Origin: Amoebidium appalachense
Lineage: Eukaryota > Protista > Ichthyosporea
Direction: 5' to 3'
NCBI GenBank assembly: GCA_963693365.1
Contig: CAVNZM010000001.1
Span: 10,938,161 to 11,002,160 of the forward strand
DNA length: 64,000 nucleotides
Made by a program: the position numbers and the translations under genes. This document shows positions 1 through 27,799 of this stretch, piece by piece; position 1 is the first letter of the stretch; every line of letters starts with the position of its first letter. Under the pieces are notes generated by a model. It was not told the DNA's origin, made no database searches, and was given only the letters and a program-made list of their open reading frames with translations.

Positions 1-117
1 TGGGCCCCCCCTGAGGATGGGCTCTGCTTATTATGCATACTCTTTATGTATGGCTTGCATTCTGCATCGTGTTATCCGTTTGTTCTTGTGTACTTCGTAC
101 TTTTTGACGCATTCAAA
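1..117 (+). mobile_element. 3' end of a dispersed repeat (putative CRE/RLE-like non-LTR retroelement), copy 1
   Basis: Identical by eye to 9981-10097; immediately followed by a poly-C run. Confidence 0.7.
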
Positions 118-175
118 CCCCCCCCCCCCCCCCAAAAAAAAAAAAAAAAAAAAAAAAAAAAACACTTACCCACAG

Positions 176-285
176 AGATCATGATTGAGGCGCGACTAGA
201 CCAGGTGGGGGTGGCCATGCCGGACAAAAGATCCAGCCTGCACTCACTGAGCTACAACGGGCAGTACCATGTGTGGCACCAATAG
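176..285 (+). CDS. Probable terminal exon of an unidentified upstream gene
   Basis: cacag acceptor ending at 175, then a non-repetitive open frame EIMIEARLDQVGVAMPDKRSSLHSLSYNGQYHVWHQ to TAG at 283-285, flanked by simple repeats like other exons here. Family not recognised. Confidence 0.5.
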
Positions 286-357
286 TGGATGTGTGTGTGT
301 GTGTGTGTGTGTGTGTGACTGTATGTGTGTGTGTGTGTGTGTATGTGTGTGTGCATG

Positions 358-452
<95 letters not shown>

Positions 453-1267
453 ATGTTTTGTGTGTGTGTGTGTGTGTGTGGCGGGGGGGGGGGGGGGGGG
501 GGGGGGGGAGGGGGGGGGTGGATTTCGACTACTTCCTCTTTTTGATTTTTATTATAATTTTCTATTATTATTTTTTGAAGAAATATTGCTTTTTCGCTTC
601 AGATTCTGTGCAGTTTCGGAAGTTCCCGAAATGTAGGCCACATGGGAATCACATGTATGTATGTTGCCAACGGTCTTCGTCATGTATGGTATGAATGAGG
701 AGCATATATATATGGCATGTATATATCACGAATGATAAGTAAATATATAGTATACGTCGATATGCTGCTAAATTTCTTTTGCGCCGCGAAGGAAAGGAAA
801 AGGGTTGCTTTAAATTTGAATTCGAAAAAGGTCTAGACACACCAATCTACTACACAGAGGGGTTCATTCAAATGTGCGTATGTTGGTGACTACACAGGCT
901 TATGGTCTACTGGGATTACGCGCATCAACTTTGAAACAAAGCTTTGCATGATCAACTATTATCGCCAAGTACGAAACGTAGAGAATCCAAAAATAAACAG
1001 GACGACAGGGAGGGTTTCCCCCCCCCAACAAAGTTATAGCTATAGTGAGCTGATGAAGAGTTCACGCTTGACTCGACTCATAGAGATCAGTCTCTGCACT
1101 TCATATACATAGACATGGAGTTTTCTGCCATATATTAACCCGTTCAAGTGACTATGTCAGTATGATCATGATGCATCAGCACACAAAGCTTGGTCAAGTT
1201 ATGGTTGCTTGTATATTGATTCTTTTTTGCCACGTGTGCAAAATAGATCTAGATGAAACCAACTTGC

Positions 1268-1647
1268 TAATTCAGTCGAGTTATATTAACGTTCCGGCGC
1301 GATCCGCAATTGTCCCTTGCTCCTTTCAATCGCAAGAGCTCTTGCATGGAATCCAGTCATGATGCACGGTTGATGCGTACATATTGAAAAGTGGACGTGT
1401 GTTTATATAATCATAAGTACTACAAACGTATGCCAAGGCCTACGTAGTGCTACAGCCTAATTCAGTCGAGTTATATTAACGTTCCGGCGCGATCCGCAAT
1501 TGTCCCTTGCTCCTTTCAATCGCAAGAGCTCTTGCATGGAATCCAGTCATGATGCACGGTTGATGCGTACATATTGGAAAGTGGACGTGTGTTTATATAA
1601 TCATAAGTACTACAAACGTATGCCAAGGCCTACGTAGTACTACAGCC
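1268..1647. repeat. Tandem duplication, 2 x 190 bp
   Basis: taattcagtcgagttatattaac...ctacagcc at 1268-1457 and 1458-1647, about 2 substitutions. Confidence 0.95.
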
Positions 1648-1985
1648 TTGCCCCCCCCCCCCCACATACACACACAACAAAGAAAAAAGAGGCGCTCCAG
1701 GCGCCCGATAAGACATGTGTGTGAGCCACTTTCTTATGATTCAGCACAGAACAGAGGTGCTACATTAGAAGTCTCCTTTATTTCGTTCGTTGTTTCACAT
1801 TATATTTGTTTAGCGCGATGTTCATCATCATGAACCCAGTTCCAGACTGGATCTTATATATATCTCACTCTGCAAGTACGCGATACATCATAACAACTCT
1901 CAAAACGTTTAGAAGGCATTACTTGCATGTAACTGGTTGGTATTCGAAATTTATGACACCATGGCCAGTTTATAATTCCCCTCAG

Positions 1986-2019
<34 letters not shown>

Positions 2020-2228
2020 AGCTTTCGATATACCCGGGGAAAACAAGACTTCAGACATAGTAACATACTTAACGCTTATTTCACGATATCACTGATGATT
2101 CAAGCCATACTTCTATTAACAGCAAACCAAAACCGGCAATCTCAAAAAAGCATTTCCACAAATTCACACCATCAGAGGCTAACAGCCAAGCCCTGCCCCG
2201 GTGCCCGTGCATAAATTTTTAAAACCTC

Positions 2229-5214
2229 TCACTGAATAATTCTCAGTGAAGAGCGCCTGTTGGGCAGATACTTGTCCTTATACGCATCATACAGCTCCTT
2301 CAGCCCATCGATATACAGTTGATGGTACTTATCAAGATCCTCAGAGGTGGGATTCTCAATCTTGGGGCAATCTATAGGCTTACCAACAACCACCTTAATC
2401 TCACCACGATGAGGGATAATGCCAACCGAGTATTGGAAGAAACCCCGGCCGTTGAAGGGAGGGAACGACATGCCGATCACCTTGGTTAGTTTGTCTTGGA
2501 ATGCGCGCAGAGGGGTCCCAATGCTATTATCTGCGTAGAACGTAAACCTCTCGTTCTCACCGAAACCAAACGTTGGTACAAGACCAGCACCGTTTTGCAG
2601 AGCCAACTTGACAAACCCCTTTCTGCGTGCAAGCGTCAAATCGGCTGTTCCCGGACGGGCATCCAATGCCTCGGCGGCCCCACCAACAACGATGGTCACC
2701 GTTTTTCCTTTACCATGCGACAAAACATAGTTGATGCTCTCCTTGTTGGAGTGCAGACTTACGCTCACTCCACAATATGTGTATGTTAGCTTTACAATTG
2801 GTTCCGTGTACACAGACACACGCTGACACTCGATCACCACATGCACATCTGCATAGTTGAGGAATGTTGCCAATTGTGTTTTGACTGCAAACGATTGGTT
2901 CACTGGTCCCAGAGATCTCTAAATGAAAGTAACCAATCCGATTAGCGCCTGGCATCCGGATTACATTCCAGACTGCTGCCCCACGGGTATATAAGCCACG
3001 TCTCTGCCAGGTGCAGACATGGAGTTAAGTCATGGAGTTAAGTCATGGAGTTAAGTCATGGAGTTCAGTCATGGAGTTAACACACTGAAAGCAGTAAAAA
3101 ACGGGTCAGCGCCCAAGCGCGCCACGACGACCCTAGTCACAGCGGACTCTACTTCCAACAGGGTTATGGGCCCAGACACGACACCGCGGCCTCTAACTTC
3201 ACGTCCCCTACGACGCCTTGAACGGAGGAGCCCAGAAACCGACTTCTAGGCTGTACCCTACACCCGCGAGCGTATTTCCGTGAAGTAGAGACTTTCGCTT
3301 CCACAAACTCCATCCGCAGCAGCCTGCGACATCAACGTCAAGTATTCCACTTCATTGGCGGGGCACGCACCACAGTGGAATGCACACCCCGGTCTACCCT
3401 GCAAGCAGCCACACTCACTCTCTCTTCTCTACAGTGGTGTGTACACTTCTCCAATTGGGTAGGGGTGTTGGAGTGCAGACTTACGCTCACTCCACAATAT
3501 GTGTATGTTAGCTTTACAATTGGTTCCGTGTACACAGACACACGCTGACACTCGATCACCACATGCACATCTGCATAGTTGAGGAATGTTGCCAATTGTG
3601 TTTTGACTGCAAACGATTGGTTCACTGGTCCCAGAGATCTCTAAATGAAAGTAACCAATCCGATTAGCACCTGGCATCCGGATTACATTCCAGACTGCTG
3701 CCCCACGGGTATATAAGCCACGTCTCTGCCAGGTGCAGACATGGAGTTCAGACATGGAGTTCAGTCATGGAGTTAAGTCATGGAGTTAAGTCATGGAGTT
3801 CAGTCATGGAGTTAACACACTGAAAGCAGTAAAAAACGGGTCAGCGCCCAAGCGCGCCACGACGACCCTAGTCACAGCGGACTCTACTTCCAACAGGGTT
3901 ATGGGCCCAGACACGACACCGCGGCCTCTAACTTCACGTCCCCTACGACGCCTTGAACGGAGGAGCCCAGAAACCGACTTCTAGGCTGTACCCTACACCC
4001 GCGAGCGTATTTCCGTGAAGTAGAGACTTTCGCTTCCACAAACTCCATCCGCAGCAGCCTGCGACATCAACGTCAAGTATTCCACTTCATTGGCGGGGCA
4101 CGCACCACAGTGGAATGCACACCCCGGTCTACCCTGCAAGCAGCCACACTCACTCTCTCTTCTCTACAGTGGTGTGTACACTTCTCCAATTGGGTAGGGG
4201 TGTTGGAGTGCAGACTTACGCTCACTCCACAATATGTGTATGTTAGCTTTACAATTGGTTCCGTGTACACAGACACACGCTGACACTCGATCACCACATG
4301 CACATCTGCATAGTTGAGGAATGTTGCCAATTGTGTTTTGACTGCAAACGATTGGTTCACTGGTCCCAGAGATCTCTAAATGAAAGTAACCAATCCGATT
4401 AGCGCCTGGCATCCGGATTACATTCCAGACTGCTGCCCCACGGGTATATAAGCCACGTCTCTGCCAGGTGCAGACATGGAGTTAAGTCATGGAGTTAAGT
4501 CATGGAGTTAAGTCATGGAGTTCAGTCATGGAGTTAACACACTGAAAGCAGTAAAAAACGGGTCAGCGCCCAAGCGCGCCACGACGACCCTAGTCACAGC
4601 GGACTCTACTTCCAACACTCCTTGCTTACAGGGATGAGACCCAGTGCCATAAGGTAATCACGGAAGAATGGGTACTTGAAGTTCTCAGCAAGGGTGCATG
4701 TGTAAGGGGTGAAGGAGGGAAACACGTCGGGGTATCCACCAACGTCTGTGCCAAACGCAATAATAGCACCGCAGCCGATAATACCGTGTGGATGGTAGCC
4801 AAAGATGTAGTTTTTTTCGGGATTCAGCTCACACCCGTCAATTTTCTCGAGAGTAACAGGGAAGTAATCACGCATGAGCTGAAACAGCTTGCTGCTGCGA
4901 AGCCATTTGGAGCGTCTACCGCCAGAGACGGGTGTTTTAGAGTCCATATATATCCATATAGCGTAGGGTATGAAGAAAACCCATGTTGCCGGGGAAAAAA
5001 TGCATAGAATTGTTAGCCCTAAGAACCACAAATACGCGGTGAGGGAGAAGAAAGTGGCGATTGTTTGCAACCTGCGCTCCATTGGAATGCTCAACGGGGC
5101 AAACTTTAAGCCCATCAGCGTAAAGCCAGGCCTTTCCGGTGTAGCTTGGCTTGGCGCATTTTCTTTTGGTTGTGTTGTTTCCTGAGGCTTGTTTGTGGTT
5201 TTTGAGTCTGTCAT
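2229..5214 (-). CDS. DGAT2: Diacylglycerol/monoacylglycerol O-acyltransferase (DGAT2/MOGAT family), interrupted by an LTR element
   Basis: ATG at 5214. The 5' part (5214-4618) has an N-terminal TM segment and GYHPHG. The 3' part (2738-2229) has IVVGGAAEAL and RKGFVKLALQNGAGLVPTFGFGENE. Removing the insertion and one TSD copy restores an uninterrupted 1107-nt ORF (368 aa; junction LIPVSKE-SINYVL). Confidence 0.93.
2744..4617 (+). mobile_element. Tandem miniature LTR retrotransposon (TRIM-like, Copia-derived): LTR-internal-LTR-internal-LTR
   Basis: LTRs at 2744-3160 (417 bp), 3466-3895 (430 bp) and 4201-4617 (417 bp), each TGTTGGA...TCCAACA. Two 305-bp internal segments. 5-bp TSD CTCCT at 2739-2743 and 4618-4622. 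PBS GGTTATGGGCCCAG 1 nt after LTR1 and LTR2. Purine tract GGGTAGGGG before LTR2 and LTR3. TATATAA inside each LTR. Confidence 0.96.
3018..3081 (+). repeat. 13-bp minisatellite (CATGGAGTT(A/C)AGT) inside the LTR
   Basis: 5 units in LTR1 and LTR3, 6 units in LTR2, which accounts for the 13-bp length difference. Confidence 0.9.
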
Positions 5215-6088
5215 TTTGGATGTTCTTTTCACAATACTGGTTTAGAAAGCACAACAAACAAAACTGTTAGTCTGGACCGGATAAAACTTGAGGTTATATA
5301 CCTGTAGCTACGAGCCACAAGATCACATAATCCAATCAAAAACCATCACCTTTTGATCATATTCACGCGAGCCAATCAAAACATTTAACCTTAAATTATG
5401 CATTTTGATTGGTTCACAGGACCCCCGTGTGCCCGGCGGCATGCAACAATGCTGCCAAGCATATTTTTTTTTCTCGCAAATTCAGCACAACGTTACGTTT
5501 TTTCTTTTCTTTTTTGTTTTCTTTATTTCTAAAGCTCTAATCCCATGCATGTAGGAAAAGTTAGATGGAATAAAGTCCAAAGTCTCCAAGAGCCTCACTC
5601 ACTGATAATGCCAATCCGGATGTCATACAAAGACCGGCAAACTTACAATATTAATAAGTTTTAAATGAAATCAACCTACAGATTAAGATGTCTCTAACAG
5701 AGTTTAAAGCACATAACTATTTAAACCTATGATGAGAATCATGAATTCAAAACGAAGGTCCCACTAAGCACTACGTCATAGGTCCGCGAGAGAGAGAGAG
5801 AGAGACTGAGAGAGCGGAGAGAGAGAGAGAGAGAGCAAAAGCGGAAACTCGAGGAGTGTTGGTGGGGAAAGGGAGCGAGACTGACCAGGAAGACAGAAAT
5901 ATCAAAGCAGGCGGGGATTGGGAGTGAGTTTAGCGCGAGATGTGATAGAGTTTTGGCGTGGATACTTCCACACACGCCCTCCTTGACCTACTTACCCACT
6001 TTTCCATAATCATAGAGGCAACAAAACACACCCTTCACAACCATCACAGATCTTTCATATGCTTGTGCGTGGTTAGAGACATGTCAAC
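5215..6088. promoter_or_regulatory. Divergent (head-to-head) promoter region between DGAT2 and PAN3
   Basis: About 870 bp between opposing start codons; several CCAAT(C) motifs (about 5331, 5372, 5408 reverse, 5611). Confidence 0.5.
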
Positions 6089-21680
<15,592 letters not shown>

Positions 21681-23021
21681 CTTGTGCAAGCCTTACGTAA
21701 GTGCCTAAATTGTGTATGCATTATGTGAGCACCTAGTTTGTGCAAGCCTTTCGTAAGTACCTAGCTTGACACTGTCGCTCGTCACGAAATAAGCACAAGA
21801 GATTAAATGAAAACCCAGTCTGCAGCTATTTCCCCGTCTTTACGGACCTAACTGCACAGATCGCACGTCCGCACTTAATCCCACGCACCTATGATAAGTA
21901 ACAGGGTTGAGAGATGAGATGCGCGCCATTTAGCTGTTTTTCTATTCCCTTTTACGAATTAAGATACGCGTGCTATATTGCCTCACAGGTCCTCTTACGG
22001 GAAGTTGTATGTGCGTGCAGTGTGTGAATAAGATCGGAACGCCATGTGCAAGTGGTAGGTATGTATGGGTGTTGCCTGTGCAAAGTGGTATGTAGGTGCC
22101 TTTATCGGTGCTACAGCAGGTGTAAGCAAGGGCCATGCCTTACGCAAGTACGGATGTAGCTACTGGTATACGATGTGTACTGAGTTGAACTTTTTGTTTT
22201 ATCTTTTTGGTTTTATTTTACCTTTTTTTGTTTTCTGTTTTCGGCAGGGGGGGGGGGGTCTTTTTATTTTTATATGTGGATTTTTCGAATGTTTGCTCGT
22301 TGCGACCTTTGCCAAGTCCACCCATCACCGAGGCTAGGGCTGATGAAATAAACAATACGTGAAAGTCTGTAACGTGATCAAGGTAGACAAGTACTGTAGG
22401 GGGGTGAGGGGTGAAGGGGAGGAGGGGGGGGGGGGGGGGGGGGGGGGGGGTTGGATGGTCAAAATATGTGCTGCTGTGGTGTCACTGTTTGAGTGGGAGA
22501 AGCGCCGGGGGGAGGGGGGAGGAAAGGGGGGGGGGGGGGGGGGGGGGGGGATTGCAATGTGTGTGTTTTCGATATTATTTTTCTATATTTGTAAACGTGG
22601 GTGATCACGTACACTGTGTTTACACATGTACAACGTTTATTGATCATGATATCATTACACACACACACACACACACACAAACACTGGCACCCACTTACAT
22701 ACATCACCAAATTAAAAAAAAAACACGCACACGAGCACATCGTATGGGTAAACCTGTGCATGCTGAACATACACATACACACACACACACACACGTGTAC
22801 AAATCCCGGTGGCCCAGTGTGGTTGAAGTCCGTGACCTGCAACAAGGCTGCAAGACAGAAGTATACGTAGTGGACTAGTGGCTCTCTGAGAAGGGGGGAG
22901 AGGGAGGGAGAGAGGGAGGGAGAGAGAGATGAAGAGAGAGAGGGAGGGAGAGAGGGAGACGCACACACAGGTAGCACATGCACATGTACCTTCACATGGG
23001 TGTGCATGCACACGGGAACAC

Positions 23022-23104
<83 letters not shown>

Positions 23105-23336
23105 ACATAATTGATGTATTTGCCTACACCGATAGGCAGGCACACACATACACCAACTCACATACGGACGGCGCATACATACAAACCTTTCATCTGGGGG
23201 CACCTGCATTTTGTGTTGGAGAAAGCAACGAGCACGCTTTCTTATAAGCAGAACAATAAGTAAGTCAATTTACACAACTTGGCACATGGTATTAGAACGC
23301 TACTTTAGAGCTGTTCATACATACACTGATCTATAG

Positions 23337-24234
23337 GCTTCAAAATGCAGTCGTCGAAAAGAGTGCCTTGAATGTGGGGCGGTCTGCATGCATGGCAAAA
23401 GGCAGTACGTCTGTGTTGATTGTGGTGGGTATGCGAGCACGGAAAGTTGAAGACAAAGTGCCCCACCTGTGGCCCCCGCTGCCCACACGGAGAGCATTAC
23501 AGAAAGTGCCGCGAATGTCTTAGGGAGAGGAGGAGAATCTGTGAGCATGGCAAGTACCCTGCTTGTGGCGGCCGCGGTTTATGTGAACACGGAAAACATA
23601 AGGGGGGTTAAAGTTGCAGCATCTGTGGCCACGCTGCCGGCACAGGAAATTTAAACGCAATTGCTGCGAGTGTGAGGGGATAGCAATCTGCCAGCACGGC
23701 AAAGCTCGATATGACTGTGCTACCTGCTGTGGTAGCAGTGTATGTGAGCATGGGAGGACGAAAACGGACAGGTGCTAGATACGGGGCAGTGATTTCTGCC
23801 CCCGCAGGAAGGGCGGTATATGCGAACACCAAAACCCTAGGAGAAATTGTAGTCAATGTGACCCCCGCTGCGTGCACGGAGGGCGAAGACGCTATTGCAG
23901 GATTTGCGGTAAAGGACAGAAAGTGGAGAAATGTGTTCACAATCGCCCCAAGAGGTATTGTGTCGATTGCGGGGGTTCGCAGATATGCCCGCATGGGGTC
24001 AGAAAGTACACGTGCTGGGAATGTGGGGGAAGCACTGCTTGCCCACATGGTAGGAAATCCAAGCAGACTTGTGGTGAATGTAACCCATGCCTACATGGAA
24101 AGGCAATGCGCAATTGTACCCGGTGTAATCTTTGCTCGCACGTGACGGTACGCACAAGTACAGGTGTAAAGAGTGCAAGGAAGTACGGGCTGCCAGTAAA
24201 GAAGCACAGACGAGTGACTCTGCGGTGTAATTAG
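23337..24234 (+). pseudogene. Decayed Cys/His-repeat (C-x-H-G-x5-C-x2-C) protein gene
   Basis: More than 10 repeats such as CMHGKRQYVCVDCGG, CEHGKLKTKCPTC, CPHGVRKYTCWECGG and CLHGKAMRNCTRC, spread over several frames with frameshifts and in-frame stops; ctatag acceptor ending at 23336. Confidence 0.75.
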
Positions 24235-24880
24235 GTCTGTTCTGGATAATTCGGATTCGGACTTATGTTATTGTTTAGGTGCGTATTGATAGGACTTTGG
24301 CACAGTATTTTTTGCTGTGAATGTGAAAAGTGTATGGTGTCTGGGAGTCTAGCTATGGTACGTATCATCTTGTGAAATACAGTGCCTCGGACCCCTGTTT
24401 ACTAGCTTGATTACTTATGTGTTGCAGTGTACACAAGATGAATACTTAATTAGTATATATTGCCATTGTCATTGTACTTAGCCTTCCGATTAATCTTGAG
24501 ACATGGGCAGGTCTGTCCCCAGTCTTCTATTTTGCAGTGTACATAGATGGGGCCTTAACAGGCCTTTGCTTCCGTAAGTGTTGAATGAACTAAGTTATTG
24601 TGCTTAAAGTTATTGATCTAACGCACCTGTTCGTGTGTGCGTTGCACGTGGATGGTATCGTTTTACAGTTCAGGGCTGTCTCCTGTGAGGGTCACGTATG
24701 GATCCACGGGTTACTGTGGTAGACAATAAAGTGGATTAGTATGAGCCAGCTGAGTAAAAATTCCATGATAGACATGCCACATACTAAATCCACGAATGTA
24801 CCTCGAGTACCCCGATTTCCATTGCAGTTAGGGTGTATGGCTCTTTTCCGCTGGCACCCCTGTCCCGTGCAAAGCATCCT

Positions 24881-24931
<51 letters not shown>

Positions 24932-25480
24932 TTCCCCCCCCCGGGGTGCGAACTCACACTTGTATATACCCTTTTACTTGCTTACCCGGTCCAGCGCACA
25001 TAGTCACACACTCTCTCTGTCCTCCTCCCTCTTTAATAACTATGTCATTCTCACATACACCCGTTACATTTAGACGCGAACACGTCCGCCGCACTCATAG
25101 CGCATATGCGTGCACACACACCCACACACATGCACTCACATGCACGGATACACACCCAAACGTACAATCACAACCCTCGACAAGTACATGCATGCACATT
25201 TGTGGACATTCAATGGGTTTGTGTGTGCATTGCAACACACGCACGCACGCACACACACACACACCACATACACACACACACAAACACACACACTCAAGTG
25301 ATCACACAGAGAAATCTAGAGAGTGAGAGAGAAAGAAAGAGAGAGAGAGAGAGAGAGAGAGTGTGTGTGTGTGTGTGTGTGTGTTGGGTGTGAGTGAGTG
25401 TGTGTGTGTGTGTGATGCACAGGCGCGTACGCGCACACACCACAGACACACCAACAGACCCCCGTCCCCCCCCCCCCCCC

Positions 25481-25512
<32 letters not shown>

Positions 25513-25566
25513 CAGGCCCAGGGACACACAAACACATACATACATACACATAACTGATGATAACAT

Positions 25567-25619
<53 letters not shown>

Positions 25620-25643
25620 AGGAGAGAGAGAGAGAGAGAGAGA

Positions 25644-25689
<46 letters not shown>

Positions 25690-25800
25690 TATAAACACAC
25701 CGTGATAGACACACACTCTATCCCTCTCCCTCTCTCTCACTCACTCACTTACTCTCGCTCACCAACTCACGCACTCCCTCACAGACACTGCTTCAACACG

Positions 25801-25841
<41 letters not shown>

Positions 25842-26186
25842 ATACACACACACACACATTCTTTCTCACTATCTCTCTCTCTCTCGCTCTCTCTCTTTCT
25901 CTCTCTCTCGCTCTCTCTCTCTCTCACTCTCACTCTCTCTCCCTCTTCCCCTCTCTCCATCCCTCTCTCTCATTTTCCCACATACACCCACACACACACA
26001 GACACACACACACGTGTGTGCGCGCAGACACACACACACACACACACCTTACATACATGTGCGCAAACTCGCGTATGCGCACTCACACACTTATACACAT
26101 ACAGGGACACACACGTCAGCACACACACGCAGAGAGAGATGGGGGGGGGGGGGGGGGGGAGGGAGAGAGAAAGAGAGAGAGCGTGC

Positions 26187-26271
<85 letters not shown>

Positions 26272-26505
26272 ATTCACACCAGACATGCACCCACACACAG
26301 GCACAAAAACACATCGGATAACACAGACACGCACACACAAGAGTCCTCCCCCTCCCCCTCCCCCCCCCCCCCCCCAAAAAAAAAAAAATCCCCCTCCCCC
26401 CTCCTCCCCCCTTCCCGGCCCCCCATGCACACACATACGCACACACTTACACACGTCATAACTGACATTCGCATACACACACACACACACCTACACGCAC
26501 AAGCG

Positions 26506-26591
<86 letters not shown>

Positions 26592-26780
26592 GTACACCGT
26601 GACACACGGTGATACACACACAAATAGACCCCGGGGGGGGGGGGGGGGGGGGGATGAAGAAGGTGGCTACATATGCAGCCTCTAGCCGTGGCCTGCCGGC
26701 AATGCTAACCTAGGCATCCATAAATTTCGGAGCATGAGACCTCCTCTCTGCTGGCAGGCTTCGTAACAGGTCCCCCCCCC

Positions 26781-26817
<37 letters not shown>

Positions 26818-26819
26818 GT

Positions 26820-27129
26820 CCCAACCACATAGGCAGAGTCAACTTGAATTATAGCAAAAGCAGAATATTCGTGCAAAAAGCAGGAATATTCTACCTTGAG
26901 CAGAATCATTCTTTTTTTTACCGGAAATGGGGGGTGCTTTTGGCAGAATCATTCCAGCACGATTCCACAAAGTGCAAAAGGATATTTCTGCTTTTAGCTG
27001 GATATTCTGCTTTTGCAGAAAAATACTGCTTTCACTAATTGATTTTGCCTTTAGCAGAACTATTCTGCTTTTTGCAGAATTATTCTGCTAGGTTCAAGTT
27101 GACTCTGCCGCTGTGGTTGGGCCCCCCTG
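26820..27129. mobile_element. MITE family B (hAT-like termini), copy 1
   Basis: TIR CCCAACCACATAGGCAGAGTCAACTTGAA / TTCAAGTTGACTCTGCCGCTGTGGTTGGG; internal palindromic GCAGAAT-ATTCTGC repeats; second copy at 41473-41672. Confidence 0.85.
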
Positions 27130-27178
27130 GGCACCTCCTACGACGAGGTTCTCGTTCTCTCTTAACTATCGCCATGTC

Positions 27179-27244
<66 letters not shown>

Positions 27245-27268
27245 CCCCCCCCCCCCTTCCCTTCCCCC

Positions 27269-27304
<36 letters not shown>

Positions 27305-27525
27305 CCCCACCCCCTCCTCCCCCGCCCCTTCTCCCACGGGCCTTTCTGCTCCTTAAATGCTTCATGCACCACCCCTTCGCCCCTCCCTTTCTCCGATGTG
27401 CTTCCTCTGGCCACCTTTAATGTTTTTCAGCCACAAGCAGTAAGGTTGAAACACAGGGTGGTTCCCCCCCACCCCCCCCCCCTCCGGGCCCCCCCACCCA
27501 CCTCCATGGGGGGGGGGGGGGGGGG

Positions 27526-27620
<95 letters not shown>

Positions 27621-27799
27621 AGAGAGAGGGAGTGAGGGAGAGAGAGAAGAGAGAGAGAGGTGCCGGGGGGAGGGGAGCACCGGGGGGGGGGGGGGGGGGG
27701 GGGGGAGGGGGAGGGGGGTGAGGGGGGGGTGAGGGGGAGTATTGGTGAACGGGAAGGTGGGAGTAAAGGATACCGGAGACAGAGTGGGCAACGAGAGGC

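Noticed and set aside
3058-4412. Repeated small ORFs within the LTR element (63, 82, 95 aa)
   Set aside because: No gag/pol similarity; they cross LTR boundaries and recur only because the DNA is repeated.
2744-4617. Tandem snRNA/5S/SL-RNA gene array as an explanation for the ~735-bp repeat
   Set aside because: No recognisable RNA gene; TG...CA termini, PBS, PPT and TSD fully explain it as an LTR element.
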